A stretch of DNA of 64,000 nucleotides from Epiperipatus broadwayi (taxonomy: Eukaryota; Animalia; Onychophora): the NCBI GenBank assembly GCA_028023455.1, contig JAQFVV010000003.1, positions 1,116,001 through 1,180,000 on the forward strand, read 5' to 3'. This document shows positions 1 to 14,091 of this stretch, in pieces (the stretch's first letter is position 1; each line of letters opens with the position of its first letter). A program made the translations under genes and the position numbers. Under the pieces are notes generated by a model. The model did not search any database. It had not been told where the DNA came from and saw nothing but the letters and a program-made list of their open reading frames with translations.

Positions 1-2319
1 TTGGATAGTGCATAGAAAATAGATAAACTGCAGCAAAAAAGTTTTATGGAAAACTTGAGAATTGTTTTTATGAAATAAATAAACTCTATGTATGTTGTAA
101 GGTTTACCTCAAAAATATTCTAAAGAAGGGTATTATTAATTACTTTTACTGGAAAGATATAGCTTAGATATGACCACTAATTTACAGTTCACACAGAAAT
201 TTACATATGAGCTCAAATGTGACATAAAATTTTTACAACATTATTCAATTTTTATAATAATAAAAAAAAGTATAGTATGATATAGATAAAGAATAATTAC
301 AATTTTTTTAAAATAATATGATCATGTACTATATAAAAAAAACCTTTAAAGGTTAAATATTCCTTACTTTAATGAGATTTCTGAATAAGTTTTGCTTTTG
401 ACAAATTTTATTAAAAATAGCACAACATTTTTCAAGTTTTAATCAGTCAGATCTGATCTTCATTTTTTTAATTTTTTTTTATCAATTTCATGAATGAAAA
501 TAATTTTTATAAATAACAAAATGCAAAGCTTATAAAGAATAAATAATTTCAAAATGAAAATTAAAAACAGTTTAATTTATTTTAGCCATATCAAAATTTG
601 ACTTTTTTTTTTTTGGTTTAATTAATTGAATATGATTTTTGTTATATATATATTTGCCAGTTATTAATGAAAATTATTTTTTGATTACAGTATTATTTTA
701 TAAAATTTGGGTTTACTTTTTATTTTTTAATCTAATTTAGTCCCACAACAATCACATTTAGTATATTGATTATAGATTAGCTGTCCCTGATACATTTGAC
801 AAAGTATAGAACTAACTATGCTTAAGTAGAGCATGGAAATTTTCCATAAAGAAAATTTTTCTGCAGAAAATATTATAAAATAGGATTACAAGATATAAAT
901 AGGCTAAAAGAGTAAAATTTGATGTATGTGGACATATTTGCATTTCAGGAAATAACTTTACTAGTCTTTGGAAAATTTATATTTAAGTTTTGAATTTGAA
1001 AATGCTATCTGGTATAATCTAAGAGGTAAATTTTAGATTATGGGCATTGAAATAGGTTTTTTGATTCACAATAAATTCCAGGGATCATCTACATTTTTTG
1101 AAGTTTAAAAAAGAATTTGAAGTTTTTCTTTGCATTCTTGCTAAGTTATCCAATAGATTTTATATACTAACAAGACTGAACCCAGCTTATAGAAAGGTTG
1201 TGGTTTTTGTAAGTTTTTTTTTAATTAGTTGCTTTAATAAATTTCAGTCATGCATGGTATTACTGTGGAACCATGAAGAAAACAATGTCAAACTACATGA
1301 CTTAATTATATGCAACCAAAACAAAATATAAATATGGTATCATAGCATCTATTTTTTACTATCACTAAATATCACATTTCAAACATGAAATCATATTTTC
1401 TTTGTGATTTAAATACTATACTTATTTAGTTCTGTACTATAGTAAAAATCACATAGACTGATTTTTTTCTGAGTATTATTTCCTTCAAAAAGTTTTATTC
1501 TGTATGTCTTTTGTAAAATACCACATTTTTTTTAAATGTCCCCGATCTATGGAAATGTCATTGTTTTTGTAATAGTTTTTTTTTTTGTAATTGGTTGCTT
1601 CAATAATTTTTTTTTTGTTTTGTCGAATTACTTGCAGACAAATGTATCTAGCTTATTAATGGCAGAATTATTTCCTTTCCATAAAATATGCTTCATAATT
1701 AAAATTACTAGGATTATTAAATATAAAGCTTGGAATTACTTCATTTGCATAAAATGTTTGTAATATAAATTACAGTCTAGTTAGGCATAGTTATTTATTT
1801 ATAAAAACAAATTTAAAGATTTTTTTTCTTTTTGATTTTGTAATTGTGAATTTGTCACGATTTCGGGCAAACATAATAATTTTTTAATTGGTTGGGAACA
1901 TGACAGTCTTACGGACAAACACATATACATTCATATGGATTTTATATTATAGATAATGGTAAATATTTATAATTGTGAAATGCAGAATGCAAACTTTAAA
2001 TAGAACTAATGGGCACTAGATGCTAATGAAATCAAGAATACTCATGATTAGTTTTTAGATAGATATTTTTTTTATTACTCCTCCATTAGCCACTTTATAT
2101 ATATATATATGTTGTGTGATTTAAGCTAATAGTTTGCAATTTTTAAACACCATGAAATGTTTGAATCAAGTATGTTTGCTTGTAGAATCATGACATTGAT
2201 TTATGCTATTTAGTGTCCATTGATTGCATTGTAATTTTTAGAGTTATAGAGAAATTTTACTACTGTCTGACAAATGTAAGTTGAGAAAATCAGTATGCTA
2301 CTGGTAAAAAATACAGGCT

Positions 2320-2695
2320 TATTATATACCTGTATCAATATATGTAATATATAGGGTATATTAGCACAGACTTTCACACGACCTACCACTCTCCACACTA
2401 TCTCATAACCCTAATACACTTGAACGCATATATGTTGAAAAGATAAATAAATCCCAATATACATATTTCGTGCTAAACCAGCATTCATTTCAGAATATCA
2501 TCTCTACACATATATGCAATAAGTCCTCAGATATATATTAAGATAGCCAATCTTCATACTTTAATGGACAGGCTTCAATCCATTCCACATTCCAACTCTT
2601 CAACAGTCCATCCAATTGAAAATCTGATGATGGAACGATCACAGGTCACCTTGAGGCCGAGATTCTTGTCACACCCATATTGACCTAAAGTCAAA
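2320..2695 (-). mobile_element. Family B hammerhead-bearing repeat, partial degenerate monomer
   Basis: Reverse complement aligns by eye with 32718-33295 and 62083-62938. GCTGGTTTAGCACGAAATATGTATATTGG is retained at ~2453-2484; the CUGAUGA core is damaged. Confidence 0.8.
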
Positions 2696-5289
2696 TATAT
2701 TATTACTAAGGTTTCAACATTTTTTTTTTTTACAAGATTCATAATCAAGATAGAAATATGAAATTTTGTGATATAAAAATTCAAGGTGAAGAGCAAATAG
2801 TTCATCATTTCGTTAGTTTACTTCAGAATGTGAACAGTAAGCAAACGGAAAAATAGAATTGATCTGTTGTGCTTTACACTCAAACATTATTTGATTTCCT
2901 GAGCAACTGAATACTTGCAAATTTAAATAAATTGCTAATATTTTGCTTATATATATATATATTTAATTGGTCGTGCTCTGCTTATCGTATTTGTGCTTGA
3001 ATATCACAATCTTCTGAAAAACTGATCATGCATTCATAATAATAAAAATAAAGTACATAATGAAATATCATAATCATATCATTATAAAAAACATTTGTTT
3101 GTTACTTTTAAGTAAAAATTATTTGAAATGTTTATATATAATGCGTCTATATCCATATATAGAATAGAAGCTTAAAAGCTTATTTATATATATCTGAGTC
3201 ATGTTTCACACTGCATATAAATACATACACCTACAATTGTAAATAATTAGTTCAAGCGTGAACATACATTCAAGTTAAAAAATTGAGGTGAGAAGGCTAT
3301 TAGTGTAGATAACCATTAGGTAATAAATCACTTTTACACTTGTCTTTAATTCTTTTCACTTTTCAAAAGATGTCCTTTTTTATTAAGCCACCAGTATAGA
3401 AGTCATACTAAGTTATTCGTAAAAGCATTCAAGCGCAAGTCTCCCCCCCCCCTTCACACTTGACCAGAATTTAAACACGAAATAATAAGGAGGTTAAAAT
3501 ACTAAAAAAATCAAGCCACCAATGTTGTTGCTGTCATAATATATATATAAAAATCCGACATAAATATAACCTATTAATAAAATATATTCAAGTCAAACAA
3601 TTAAAAATATATCCATGTCATATTTAGGAGGGCAAAAAAAATCATTTTAAACAATTAAATATTACAAAGGAAGAAAGTCATTAGGCAAAGATAATTTTCA
3701 ATCAGGTAGCAGAACCGTTGAATATAATTGTGTAATAGATTTGCACAACTAAGAATGTTGAGAAAAAGTTAAACTATTGGGATAATTATTTTTAATAGAA
3801 AGCAAAATAACTTGAGAAATAGTCAGTACAAATATATCTGAAAGAAATAAAATGACCAGCAATAAAATGATTGTGCAAGAAGTGAAGATTAAAGTAAGAA
3901 ATGAATTATTCATTAGTTGAAACATTTGACTTTAAAATACAATATGGTTATACCGAGCAACCATTATTATATCAATTTATTTTTGGAGCATGTTCATTGT
4001 TAGACAAGTGTTAAATCAATAAACTTGCAGTCTAATAGATTACTTAATACAACCACAGTATATTAAAAGCAAAATAATATTTTGTTTTCTATTCATAAGC
4101 TTTATACATATCTGCTGAAAGCCATAATTCATTAGGGTAATGTGTCCAAATGGTAATACCTAAACATAATTAATAATTTAATCATTGCTTATTACCTTCT
4201 AAGTATACTATTTTAATAATTGTTACATTTATATTATAAACTTGGCCCCTCATATTTTACAGTGCATCATACACACACATATATATATATTAGAGAAAGG
4301 AGGGATATACCTCACTGTTGAGCTCTAAAACGTCAGTGATATATAAATGGAATTTTTTTTTTTCACTTTAAAAAATATATATAACTACAATTCAGAAATT
4401 TAAATTTGATCTACTTTTGATACATTATATTGTTTCAAAATAAAAATTTGAAACAGTAAATACATTCAATTATAATACTAATTTTTTGCTCATATTTATA
4501 AAAGAAAAAATAATGTGGAAGAAAGTTTTAAGAATATTGTGAATAATTTATATTTTTCCAATGAGAAAGAGTTATTATATTAGCTTCCAAGTCATATTAA
4601 TTTTTTTAATATGCACATACATCTATATTATTTAATATCTAAGTTGTTAAAAGTAATATTATTTACTTCTTATTTTTTATTATTATTACCTGGCAGCAGC
4701 CATATTAAATGATGAACTTCCTATGAACATCCCGAGCAATAAAGCCAGTTGATTTATTTATTTTATGATAATGATCCCAGTTGTATTAATAATATAAACT
4801 TAGAAAGCAATCACAAATAAATTCTCTATTCTATATCGTAAACCTTGTTGGGGCAGACATAATACTATTGATATAATTAATTGTCAGGAGTCAGGTAAAT
4901 GTTACAGCTCCTGATATTCTTGCCTCTACTACTACTGCTATTGCTACTACTATTATGCTATTGCTACAACTACTGCAAATGAATTTTGTTAATGGGTATC
5001 ATTTTTAATACCAACTTTTTATTGAAGATCATATCTATGATATACAAGATAACATTTATACAATTTTCTTTTTTAAAAAATAATGTTATTTTCATTTCTT
5101 AGCAGCATTCAATTTTCTCTTTAAGTAGATACGTCTTAGAATTTTTTATGCAATGTAAATTTGTCTGGGGTTTAGTGGTAGCCATCCACTAACTCTAAAC
5201 AATAAATGGACTTTTTTTTCTCTTGATACAAATCAGTTTTTTGCTCATTTTCAGAATATTTCCAAGAACTATTTTTTTCATCATTCCCC

Positions 5290-5410
5290 AGATCCATCTA
5301 GTGTAAGTTTGAATAATTACTGGACACTAGATGTCAGTATTGTAACATTCATGTCTCAGACCAGTTTCAGTATTGTGGTTTTCATCGGTGAGGGTTTAGA
5401 ACTCAAAATA
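5290..5410 (-). mobile_element. Diverged family A hammerhead-bearing repeat fragment
   Basis: Minus strand 5393-5355 reads CCTCA CCGATGA AAAC CACAA TACT GAAAC TG GTC TGAG. It shares the CACAA loop II and downstream sequence with the 11.4, 43.1 and 48.4 kb copies. Confidence 0.65.
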
Positions 5411-6729
5411 AAACATGAATTTATACATCTAGTGACTACTTTTAACTTCTTTATACTTCTTCAAGCTAGTAATCTGAAAATTTAAAAAATTCTCACCTGC
5501 TCATTTAGTCACATCTGATACCAGGTCAGCAACTATATATTTTAATGACCTCAGATTTATGTAAACTATATGCCTGGATTTTATTCTTTATTTTGAATTT
5601 TAAGTCCTCACTTGGTAAATTAAAACATGAATATATCTAACTATACCAACATTTAGTTTTTATTGATTACTCAAACATGCATTAGGTGGCTCTGGTTAGA
5701 ATGAAGAAACTTGCTGTTAAAAGCATATGTTAAGCAGAGAAAGTAATGTGATGTTATGTTGACCTAGTCTATATTCCACTGAGCTGTAACTTCAGGACTA
5801 AATATAATTTATTGTCTAAGTTGTAAAAATAATAAAAAGAGCCATGTGAAGTGAATGTTAGTGCATTCGCCTATTGTGTCATTGCTCTAGAATATTTTTT
5901 TCACAGTCAATTCACCAAAACATATAATTTAGATAAAATATTTAGAAATTTTTAGTTGGGATATATTTTTTGCATTATCTTAGCCGGAGTAGATCGAAAT
6001 TTTTTAAAATTTATATAATCATAGCAATCTTATGTCCCACGCTGGTCAATATATATATACTGTTATAATAATGCTTTAATTGATTATTGTAAGAAATGAT
6101 TCAATTATATTACTAATACAAAATTTCTAAAATGTGGAACTTTGATATGTGCCACGTAATACTAATAGTGGCCATTATTTTTACTTTTTATATAAATAAC
6201 TTCATTATATATTGATACAAATACATTAAAACATTGCTACTAAAAGATTTATCATTAGTAATTGAAAACATTTATTAAAAGCTTTGCTTGTCAAAAAATA
6301 TGCTGATTTTATTAAGTGAAATTTACATACATACAAGAAAGTTTGAATAAAATTCATATTAGACGGTAACATTTCTACTGATTGTTCAAAAGTACAGTAA
6401 TAAACATTTGTAAAATGTTGATATATTAATAACAAGATTATAATAGTTATTTATAAATTTAATTCATCAGATAACTTTTTTGCGTATCCAATTTAACTCA
6501 ATGATTAGAAGGGCAGGCATAAGAACTGAAGTTTTCTAGATTGTCTTGCAGCTTAGGAAAGTAAAAATGAAAAATTTATAACTGTTAGTTAAGTGCAATT
6601 GTTGTGCATAGCCTATCATTTGATATATTTGAATATCATATGACTTTCTGAGCAATAAAACAATAATTCTAATTTTTTATAGAAAATTAATTCACTGATA
6701 ATTTCTATCTTTCTTATGTTTTATTCTAG

Positions 6730-6831
6730 GATAGACAAACTTTCCGTAGAATTCTCATGAAGAATGCCTTCAAAAAACGGAAAATGTACGAAGCCTTTCT
6801 TGAAAATGTGCCAATACTGAAGACTCTGAAT
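6730..6831 (+). CDS. Pka-R2: Internal coding exon (phase 0/0) of cAMP-dependent protein kinase type II regulatory subunit
   Basis: A pyrimidine tract and TAG acceptor precede 6730 and GTAAGT follows 6831. The 34 codons [34 protein letters not shown] match the helix linking cNMP domains A and B of PKA RII subunits. Not in the ORF track. Confidence 0.93.
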
Positions 6832-9384
6832 GTAAGTTATTAAATTGTATTTTATTTCTCTTCCCTTATCTATTTATCTATCTAACAGTCTATTTATTCT
6901 TTATTTTTCCTTCTTTCCATAGATCCATCCGCTCATTTATCTATTTAGCTATATTTATTCATCCATCCATCCATCCTTTACCATTCATTATCCATCAATA
7001 ATTGTTCTATTCTTTTATCCTTCTATATATTTATCTATCTATATCTCTATGTTTCTGTCCATTTATTTTTTTCTATATGTATATATGTGTAAACATGATG
7101 CATATAATAATATTAATCATTTAATAATTGATTATATAAATATTGCATATTATTGTTAAGAAACTAAAAAAATTATAATAATAAATAATAATAATTTATT
7201 CATTTTCAAATTGCTACGCTCAAATACATAAATAAAAACATTGCTCTAATTTTTGAGTTTGATAATTGCAGTTTGTATATTTATTATTTAGATTTATTAT
7301 AAAACACACTACTGCCACATCTAGAGTGTGCTAGAATTCAAATGTTATAAATAATGTGTTATATAAATTAAATGTTTATAATGCCTAGATATGGAGTGGT
7401 AGAGTAGAAAACTAGAAGATCTATTCTTTGTTGACTAAAGTAAAAACAAATGTCAGTTTATTAAATCAATAGAGTTATAATTTGTTCAACATGACAGATG
7501 GGTGTTTAAATGTCACATGATCTTCTGTGCAACTAATAAGACTTTATATAATGTAGTTATTGATTGCTTTTTTGCTTGGAATACTTCCACATATTACTTT
7601 TCAACCTTATTTAAAAATAGTTAGCTGAAGGTGTGTGTAATTGAACTTATTGTCTGATGTATTAACTTTTTTAATCACTGCATGACTGTTTTCTAAATAT
7701 GTTCAACTGTATGAACATACCTCTGCACTAATTAAGCTTAGTTGATTACTAAGCTGCCTATTGTAAATGGTATCCCTTTTTGAAATTGTTGAACAACATA
7801 CTAATAGCTGAATGATCAAGGAATGATTCAGTTATTGGCAGCTTTGATATTGCTTGGCATCAAACTTTTCAGAAATGCATGGTTATGAGCTACTGTCTCC
7901 TCATATATAAAAACAGTATTCTTTATTTTTATATGACATTTGGTAGCCAAACACCTATTGCATGTTTGATTATAAATGTAGAGAAGGATCCATAGAAAGA
8001 CATGCCTAAGATGCCAACAAAGAGCATTATAGCTTAGTATATTTATTTGTAACAAAAAAGTATAGTAAAGAAATTTTAATAATTGACTAATACATCTTAT
8101 CTATGTAAATATGTACACACACCTTATAAAGACTGCTAAAGTATTTTGAATATATAAGCCAACAACATATCATGAAAAGCTCCTATGATTCTTCAGCACA
8201 ACCTTGCCAATGCATTTTTGGATATAATAAATAATCTTAATATATTAATTAGCTGCATTTCATTATGCATTATTCTAAAATAGGCAATACTAAACATGAT
8301 TATGACACAAATAGTTATGTAAGTATTGATTTAGTTCATAAAGGCTAAATTAGAGTTTATGTAATTGGCTGAGTGAACAAAATATAAATAATTACTGTCC
8401 AGTATTGAATGAAATCAACTATATGAATCAATTGTGATACTTGAATTAATTTTTATTATTCTATTGTTAGCTTATATTATGAAATCTAAATCATTCATAT
8501 TTCACTTCCCAAATATTTTTCCAGTTTTTTTTTTTTTTGGTCATGTTATTTACACCATATAAATGTTATTTCTTTTCTGCATCCATTATTTCTTAAACTG
8601 TAAATTTTATTGCATCAAACATTAACCAATCACAGTACTGATGCAACATTTTCCTGCATGAAAATACTGAAATTCTGTCATGAGTAAAGCTTCATTAACG
8701 ATGGTTATGTTCACTTTTGACTTTTAGTTCATCACAAATAATAAAGCATAAGTGGAAGGATTTTTATGACAACAGTTCAAGATTTTATACATGTTAAAAA
8801 AAGTTTTAAGATATTGCTTACAGAAAAGAATTGTTGTGTTTAATGCATCCTTTTTGGCTCATGATCTCCCAAGACTTCAATAATTATTGAGATTGTGTGC
8901 ATGTGTGACCTGAAATAATGTATCTATTTTTTGAAACCTTATTGCATCAACTAAAATTATTTCACGTCCCATATGCACACAATGTCATTAATTCTCAAGG
9001 TCTTGGAAGATCAAGAGACACAAAGTAAGTATTAAACAATGCTAATCAAAGATTGTTTTACGTTTTGTTGCTTGTAAAATTGAAATCAAGACTGTTATTT
9101 ATAATGTAAATATTTAAATTATTATTTTTTATATTAAGTTATTATTGTGATATAAAATTATATATATATTGCAAAGAATAGTTTCAGAATGTGATGATTA
9201 TAATGTCTGTGTTATATTTACAGTTAATTGTATTTTACAGGTATTTAAATAGTAAGTAAGAATTATTAAATTTTTCTTATCTATTTTTAGTGATTTCTTG
9301 ATATTATCATTTTCCTGTATCTGTCATTTATTTTCTTATTTCCCTGCAAATAATATTGTATCAAAATCTTACTGTGTATATAAT

Positions 9385-11290
9385 AATCATCATCATTGTT
9401 TTCAATCTATTGATTCACTGTGGGATGAAAACTTTTCCAACTTTGTCTAATCTTTAGTTTCTCTTCTCCACAACAATTTCCTTATATCATCCATCCATTT
9501 CAGATCTTTTTTTAGGTCTTTTACAATCTCTTGGGATCCAGTTTAAGTTTTATACTATCCAACTATTTCATTATCTCTTCTAGGAATATAACCAGGCCAA
9601 TTCCATTTCAGTTCCTTAATTCTTTCAAGAATATCAATAATGACTTTAATCTTTCTTATTGCATTGCCAAATCCATATAATATTAAATCATCTATGCTCC
9701 TTATTATTGTGTTACAATTCTTTTATTACAACCCACTATGACAATTTTAATTGCCTCAGCAATTTCCTTCAGAACTTCTAATTATATTTTCAAACCTTAA
9801 CTTCTAAATTCAAAGTTTGAATTTAGATGTTAAGGTTTGAATTAAACAGTTAAGGTTTGGAAATATAATTAGATGTTCTGAAGAAGATTACTGGGGCAAA
9901 CAAAACTGTCATAGTGAGTTATAATAAAAGTTTGCATTTAGCAGTTAAGGTTGGAAATATAATTAGAAGTTCTGAAGAAGATTGCTGGACAATTGAAACT
10001 GACATAGTGGGTTGTAATAAAAGTATTGTAAAACAGTAATAAAAAGCATAAATGATTTAATATTATAATATCAATAATATCTGTTCATTCTCTTACCTGT
10101 GTATTTTGTCTTCATACTCTTCTTGTTACTTTTAACATACAACTCTTCATATTTTAGTAAGAGATCCGAAGTCTCTAAATCATCCTTCTGTTAATCTGAT
10201 CCATATTTAAGAACTGGTAAATCACATCTATTAAAAACTTTCCTTTAAAATATATAGACATATTTTCTTTTTGATATTCATTTCTAACAAAAATATCTCA
10301 GGTATGTTCATTATGTTTCCATTTGTATAATTATCTGACCAAGGTATTTGTAGTTGTTAATTTCTAAATTATGATTATAAATCTTTTTTTCTTCTTTTGA
10401 CAAAGTCCAGTTAATTATTCCTTAGAATTTGTAGCATTTATCTTTAATTCTACTTTTCATTTTTATCTGATAACTTTAGCAATATTTTCTGAAGCACTGA
10501 AGCCTTGTTTTTCCAAAAATAACATATCATTTGCAAAATGTAGATTACTTAAATAAAATCCATTTTTTAAACTTCTGTAGCTTCTCATATTAACCCGTAA
10601 AAAGTTTTGTAGATATGGAATCATCCTGTTTTGTATCTTTCTTAATAATAATTTACTTAGTATCACAATGTAATTTAATCATTGCTGTTGCATTTTGATA
10701 AATATTCAAAGCTTTAATCACTGAAAAAATGCTTATAGAATCAAATGTCTTTTCATAATCTAAAAATCACAGCATGAAAGCAACTTATAGTCTTTGGTTC
10801 TTTCTATAACTTCTTTCAACACTTGGTTATGACCATTATGCTCAAACCTCTTTTAAATGTGGATTGTTCTTTTGGTTGATTAAAATCCAAACTTTGCAGT
10901 AGACAAGTTATAATTATTTTGATAAAGATTTTGTATAGAGTTGATAAAAGTATGGTGAGTCTGTAATTTCTAACATATTCTTTATCACCTTTCTTAAATA
11001 TCAAAGTTACTATTGCATTTTCCAATCATTTGATACACTCTTATAATTTAGATATTTGGTCTGCAACTTTTCTAACAATTGCTTCATTTATGATATCAAT
11101 TATAGTCCCATCATTTCTCAGAGATTTTTTTTTTGTCATAGATTCAATTGTATGCCTTATTTCTTTACTTATAATGTTGGACAATTCAGAAATGTACTGA
11201 CTATAAGGAATAGTTTATTTTTTGTTTTTATTACTATATAATCCTTATAGAAGTCTTTCACATATTTTATAATGTCATTTCTCTTTAAAA
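9385..11290 (-). mobile_element. Degraded RTE-clade LINE, 3' two-thirds
   Basis: Remnants such as IFKKGDKEYVRNYRLTILLSTLYKIF..QPKEQ, HFANDML and KRNDIIKYVKDFY. Colinear with the LINE at 57618-60570, with a (TGA)n-like tail near 9385-9395. Confidence 0.85.
9642..10066. mobile_element. 425-bp inverted-plus-tandem insertion (family C) inside the RTE fossil
   Basis: 12-bp direct repeat AATATCAATAAT at 9630-9641 and 10067-10078; removing the insert restores colinearity with the RTE at ~57860-57930. Contains an inverted unit, a fold-back centred at 9815 and two forward ~95-125-bp units. Confidence 0.8.
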
Positions 11291-11760
11291 CAGTGACAGT
11301 GTCTCCATCACATAGTGCCATCCAGTACAAGCCATAGTAATCAATGGTTGCAAGAAAGTTTTTGCATAAAATCCCTATCTTGTGCCTGCTCATCCAATAT
11401 CCCTAGATTAGTTTCTGACTTGTGGCTTTCATCAGTGAGGAGCCTTGGATCTGAAAGCAACACACTTAGATCTTAGGATCCAAAGCAACCCTCCAGAAGT
11501 CACCTCTTCTGCTTTTTAAATTAACTATAAAGGTATAAGTCTAAGATGAAAACACAATAACATTTTCTATTCAAGTTCATTCACTTGTATAGTTATACAA
11601 ATGTGAACTCAGTTTAGTATCTATATATTTTGATATATTTGATTTTAGACATTGGATGAGTAAGCATTAGATAAGGATTTTATGTAAAAACCTTCTTGCA
11701 TCCATTGATTATTAAAGTTTGCACTGTGTGGCACTATTTCATGGAGGATTTATCACTACA
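11290..11760 (-). mobile_element. Family A hammerhead-bearing repeat with inverted terminal segment
   Basis: Minus-strand unit ~11640-11290 contains TCCTCA CTGATGA AAGC CACAA GTCA GAAAC TA ATC TAGGG (11441-11401). A plus-strand copy of its 3' part lies at 11646-11756. Confidence 0.8.
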
Positions 11761-12013
11761 AGCAGAAAGGGTACAAATAATGAAGTTGTGTAAGAATAAA
11801 TTTAGGTCAAGTGATTATACAGAAAATGATTTATTGATCTTTATGCTGGGGTAGGAAAAAATAAGGAAGATCTCGATACAAGGCCATGGAGTGAATGAAG
11901 AGGATGGGAAAAACTTAGGATGGGGAATGGAAAGGGAAGCTAAGATGGCTAATAGGTTTTTCTTGGACAAATTGGCTGAGAGATTTCTGATTTTGATAAA
12001 GGAGTAGCCATAT

Positions 12014-14089
12014 TGTGATGGTTAGATTTGGACATTCACATAACAAAATCCAGAGTCCAGACAAAATACATCAATGCTGACTGAAATGGGATGGTTAGAT
12101 CCTGAATCTGACCAAGCTTCAATTTATTTACCAGTACTCTGCAATTTAACACCTTATGAATGTCATTTCTGAAGTTACACACAGGTCTCAATTTTTTTTA
12201 TGTGCTGACTCTGAACAGGGAGAGACATGAGACTCGGAAACCAATTAAAGATTTAACTAAAGGGTTAAAATTGACTACTTAACACATTAATTAATTTAAA
12301 AATAAAGTTAATACAATGATTATCTATAATGCATATCATACATATATAAATTAATAAGGAATTGGTCTTGGATTGGAATCAGATTACGAGGAAGAAAAAT
12401 ATGAAATGAGTTTTATATTTTAAAAAGGTTTATTAAAATAAAATAAAATCAAACAAAATAAAATGACAGTAATTATATGGTGATAAGTATATGAGATCAA
12501 CACACACAGGGATTACATAGTGGATGAGACTAAATTATTATAGTGCAAACCCATCATAAAGATAGCAAAACATAATATACAAAGCATACTTTGTAAAAAC
12601 ATGCCCACAATGCATAAATAAAATACAAATATGTATATTTAAAACTAATTGCATCTAAAACAGATAGCTTTTATCTGTATAGCTAACTGAATTCAGTTCT
12701 TAAAATAGCATTATAATTATGCTAACTAAAAAGGGCTAAAACTAAATTATCAATCTAGTTTAAAATACTAAATGTATATCTTTAATCGCAATTTAAGGAG
12801 GAGAAAGTCTATTTAATGGGAATTAATAAGACATTAATAAATATACTTTATTATTATCTCTAAAGACTAGTCTATTACTTCTAAATAATAGATATTAAAA
12901 GTTATACTGTATAAATCTGACTAGGCAAATCATAATAAATATTAATATAGTGTAAATCTAAATCAGTCGATAATACTGAGTAGTAGATATGGCAGTTATT
13001 ATCAGACATAATAGGATTTCGAAACAGCACTCTAGTGGACCAAACAGCATTGTTAAAATATTAACATGGAGATATTAATAATCATACATCCATTAAAAGT
13101 TTATTAAAATTAGTGCTCATTGTTTTGAAATACTTGGCATATTATAACATATATAAAATATATATAGGCATAACTGCAGAACTAAAGAGACTTAGATAAA
13201 TAACTGATTACAGTTATTATAATTTAGAGACACAAATTAAAATTACAGATGGTTTCAGGCAAGTTTTATACTTATAAATTGTTATTTTAAACAGAATTTC
13301 AAGATTTAATAGTGAACATTAAGTTTACCTAAAGCTATCTTTAAATATTAAGTTTAGAAATTGATTTTAGAGCTCTGTGGTGTTTTGAAAGAAATATTAT
13401 CGAGCTTCTTGATTGCAGCTTGTACTTTAGGCACATCAGATGATAGGCATAGTAGCACTCTTCTCTGGATAAGTGGTATGATTTAAGAGGCCATTCTCTT
13501 TCAGCAGGTTGTTGCTGGAAAGTCTCCCATCTCCACGATGATAGTTACATGCCATTGTGGCATGTAGGATGGGCTCAAGATCACCATCTTCCCACAGGAA
13601 AATGGCAAATCTACATCCTCCTACTCTGTCATTTCAAAATAAAAACTGGTGTGGATTCTGGTAGCAATATTTCAAGTAAAAATATAAAATAAGGTCCAGA
13701 GTATAAAAATATAAACTATTTATATGATGTTCAGGTCAGACCATATTTTGTCAGCAAAATGGGTTTACAGCTGATAAATCCATTAGCATTCATTTGCTAT
13801 CTTATAATTTAATTTACTAAATTTATTTAAACTTTTGTTTTAAATTTTAAACAAATTTTTTAACTTGATTCTGACCATCTCAATTCCCCAAAGACTTAGT
13901 AATAGTTCCAGCTCAGTGGATATTGTTTACTATAAAATATATTTTAGAAAAATATAGATTTAAAACTTCACTCACATGCTACATTAACACAGGTGCATAA
14001 TGGTGTGATTTTTGTTTACAACTATTTCAATTTAAAATTAAGAAGCATTAGAAACTTCTAAATAATATTTAAATCATATTGTGCTATAT
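12014..14089 (-). mobile_element. Old solo LTR related to the young Gypsy LTR, left part (its 3' portion)
   Basis: Reverse complement ends AAATCTAACCATCACA, homologous to the young LTR end AAATCTGACTGTTACA. Homologous blocks at 12014-12260, 12640-12750 and 13400-13680. Flanked by ATAT (12010-12013). Confidence 0.88.
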
Positions 14090-14091
14090 AA

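Noticed and set aside
900-1975. Possible Helitron/DINE-like remnant ending ACGGACAAACACATATACATTCATATGGATTTTATATTATAGAT, with a short internal repeat (~1200 and ~1565)
   Set aside because: Only a suggestive terminus; no second end, hairpin or second copy in the window.
7500-8050. Possible decayed transposase on the minus strand
   Set aside because: No motif could be read convincingly in any frame.
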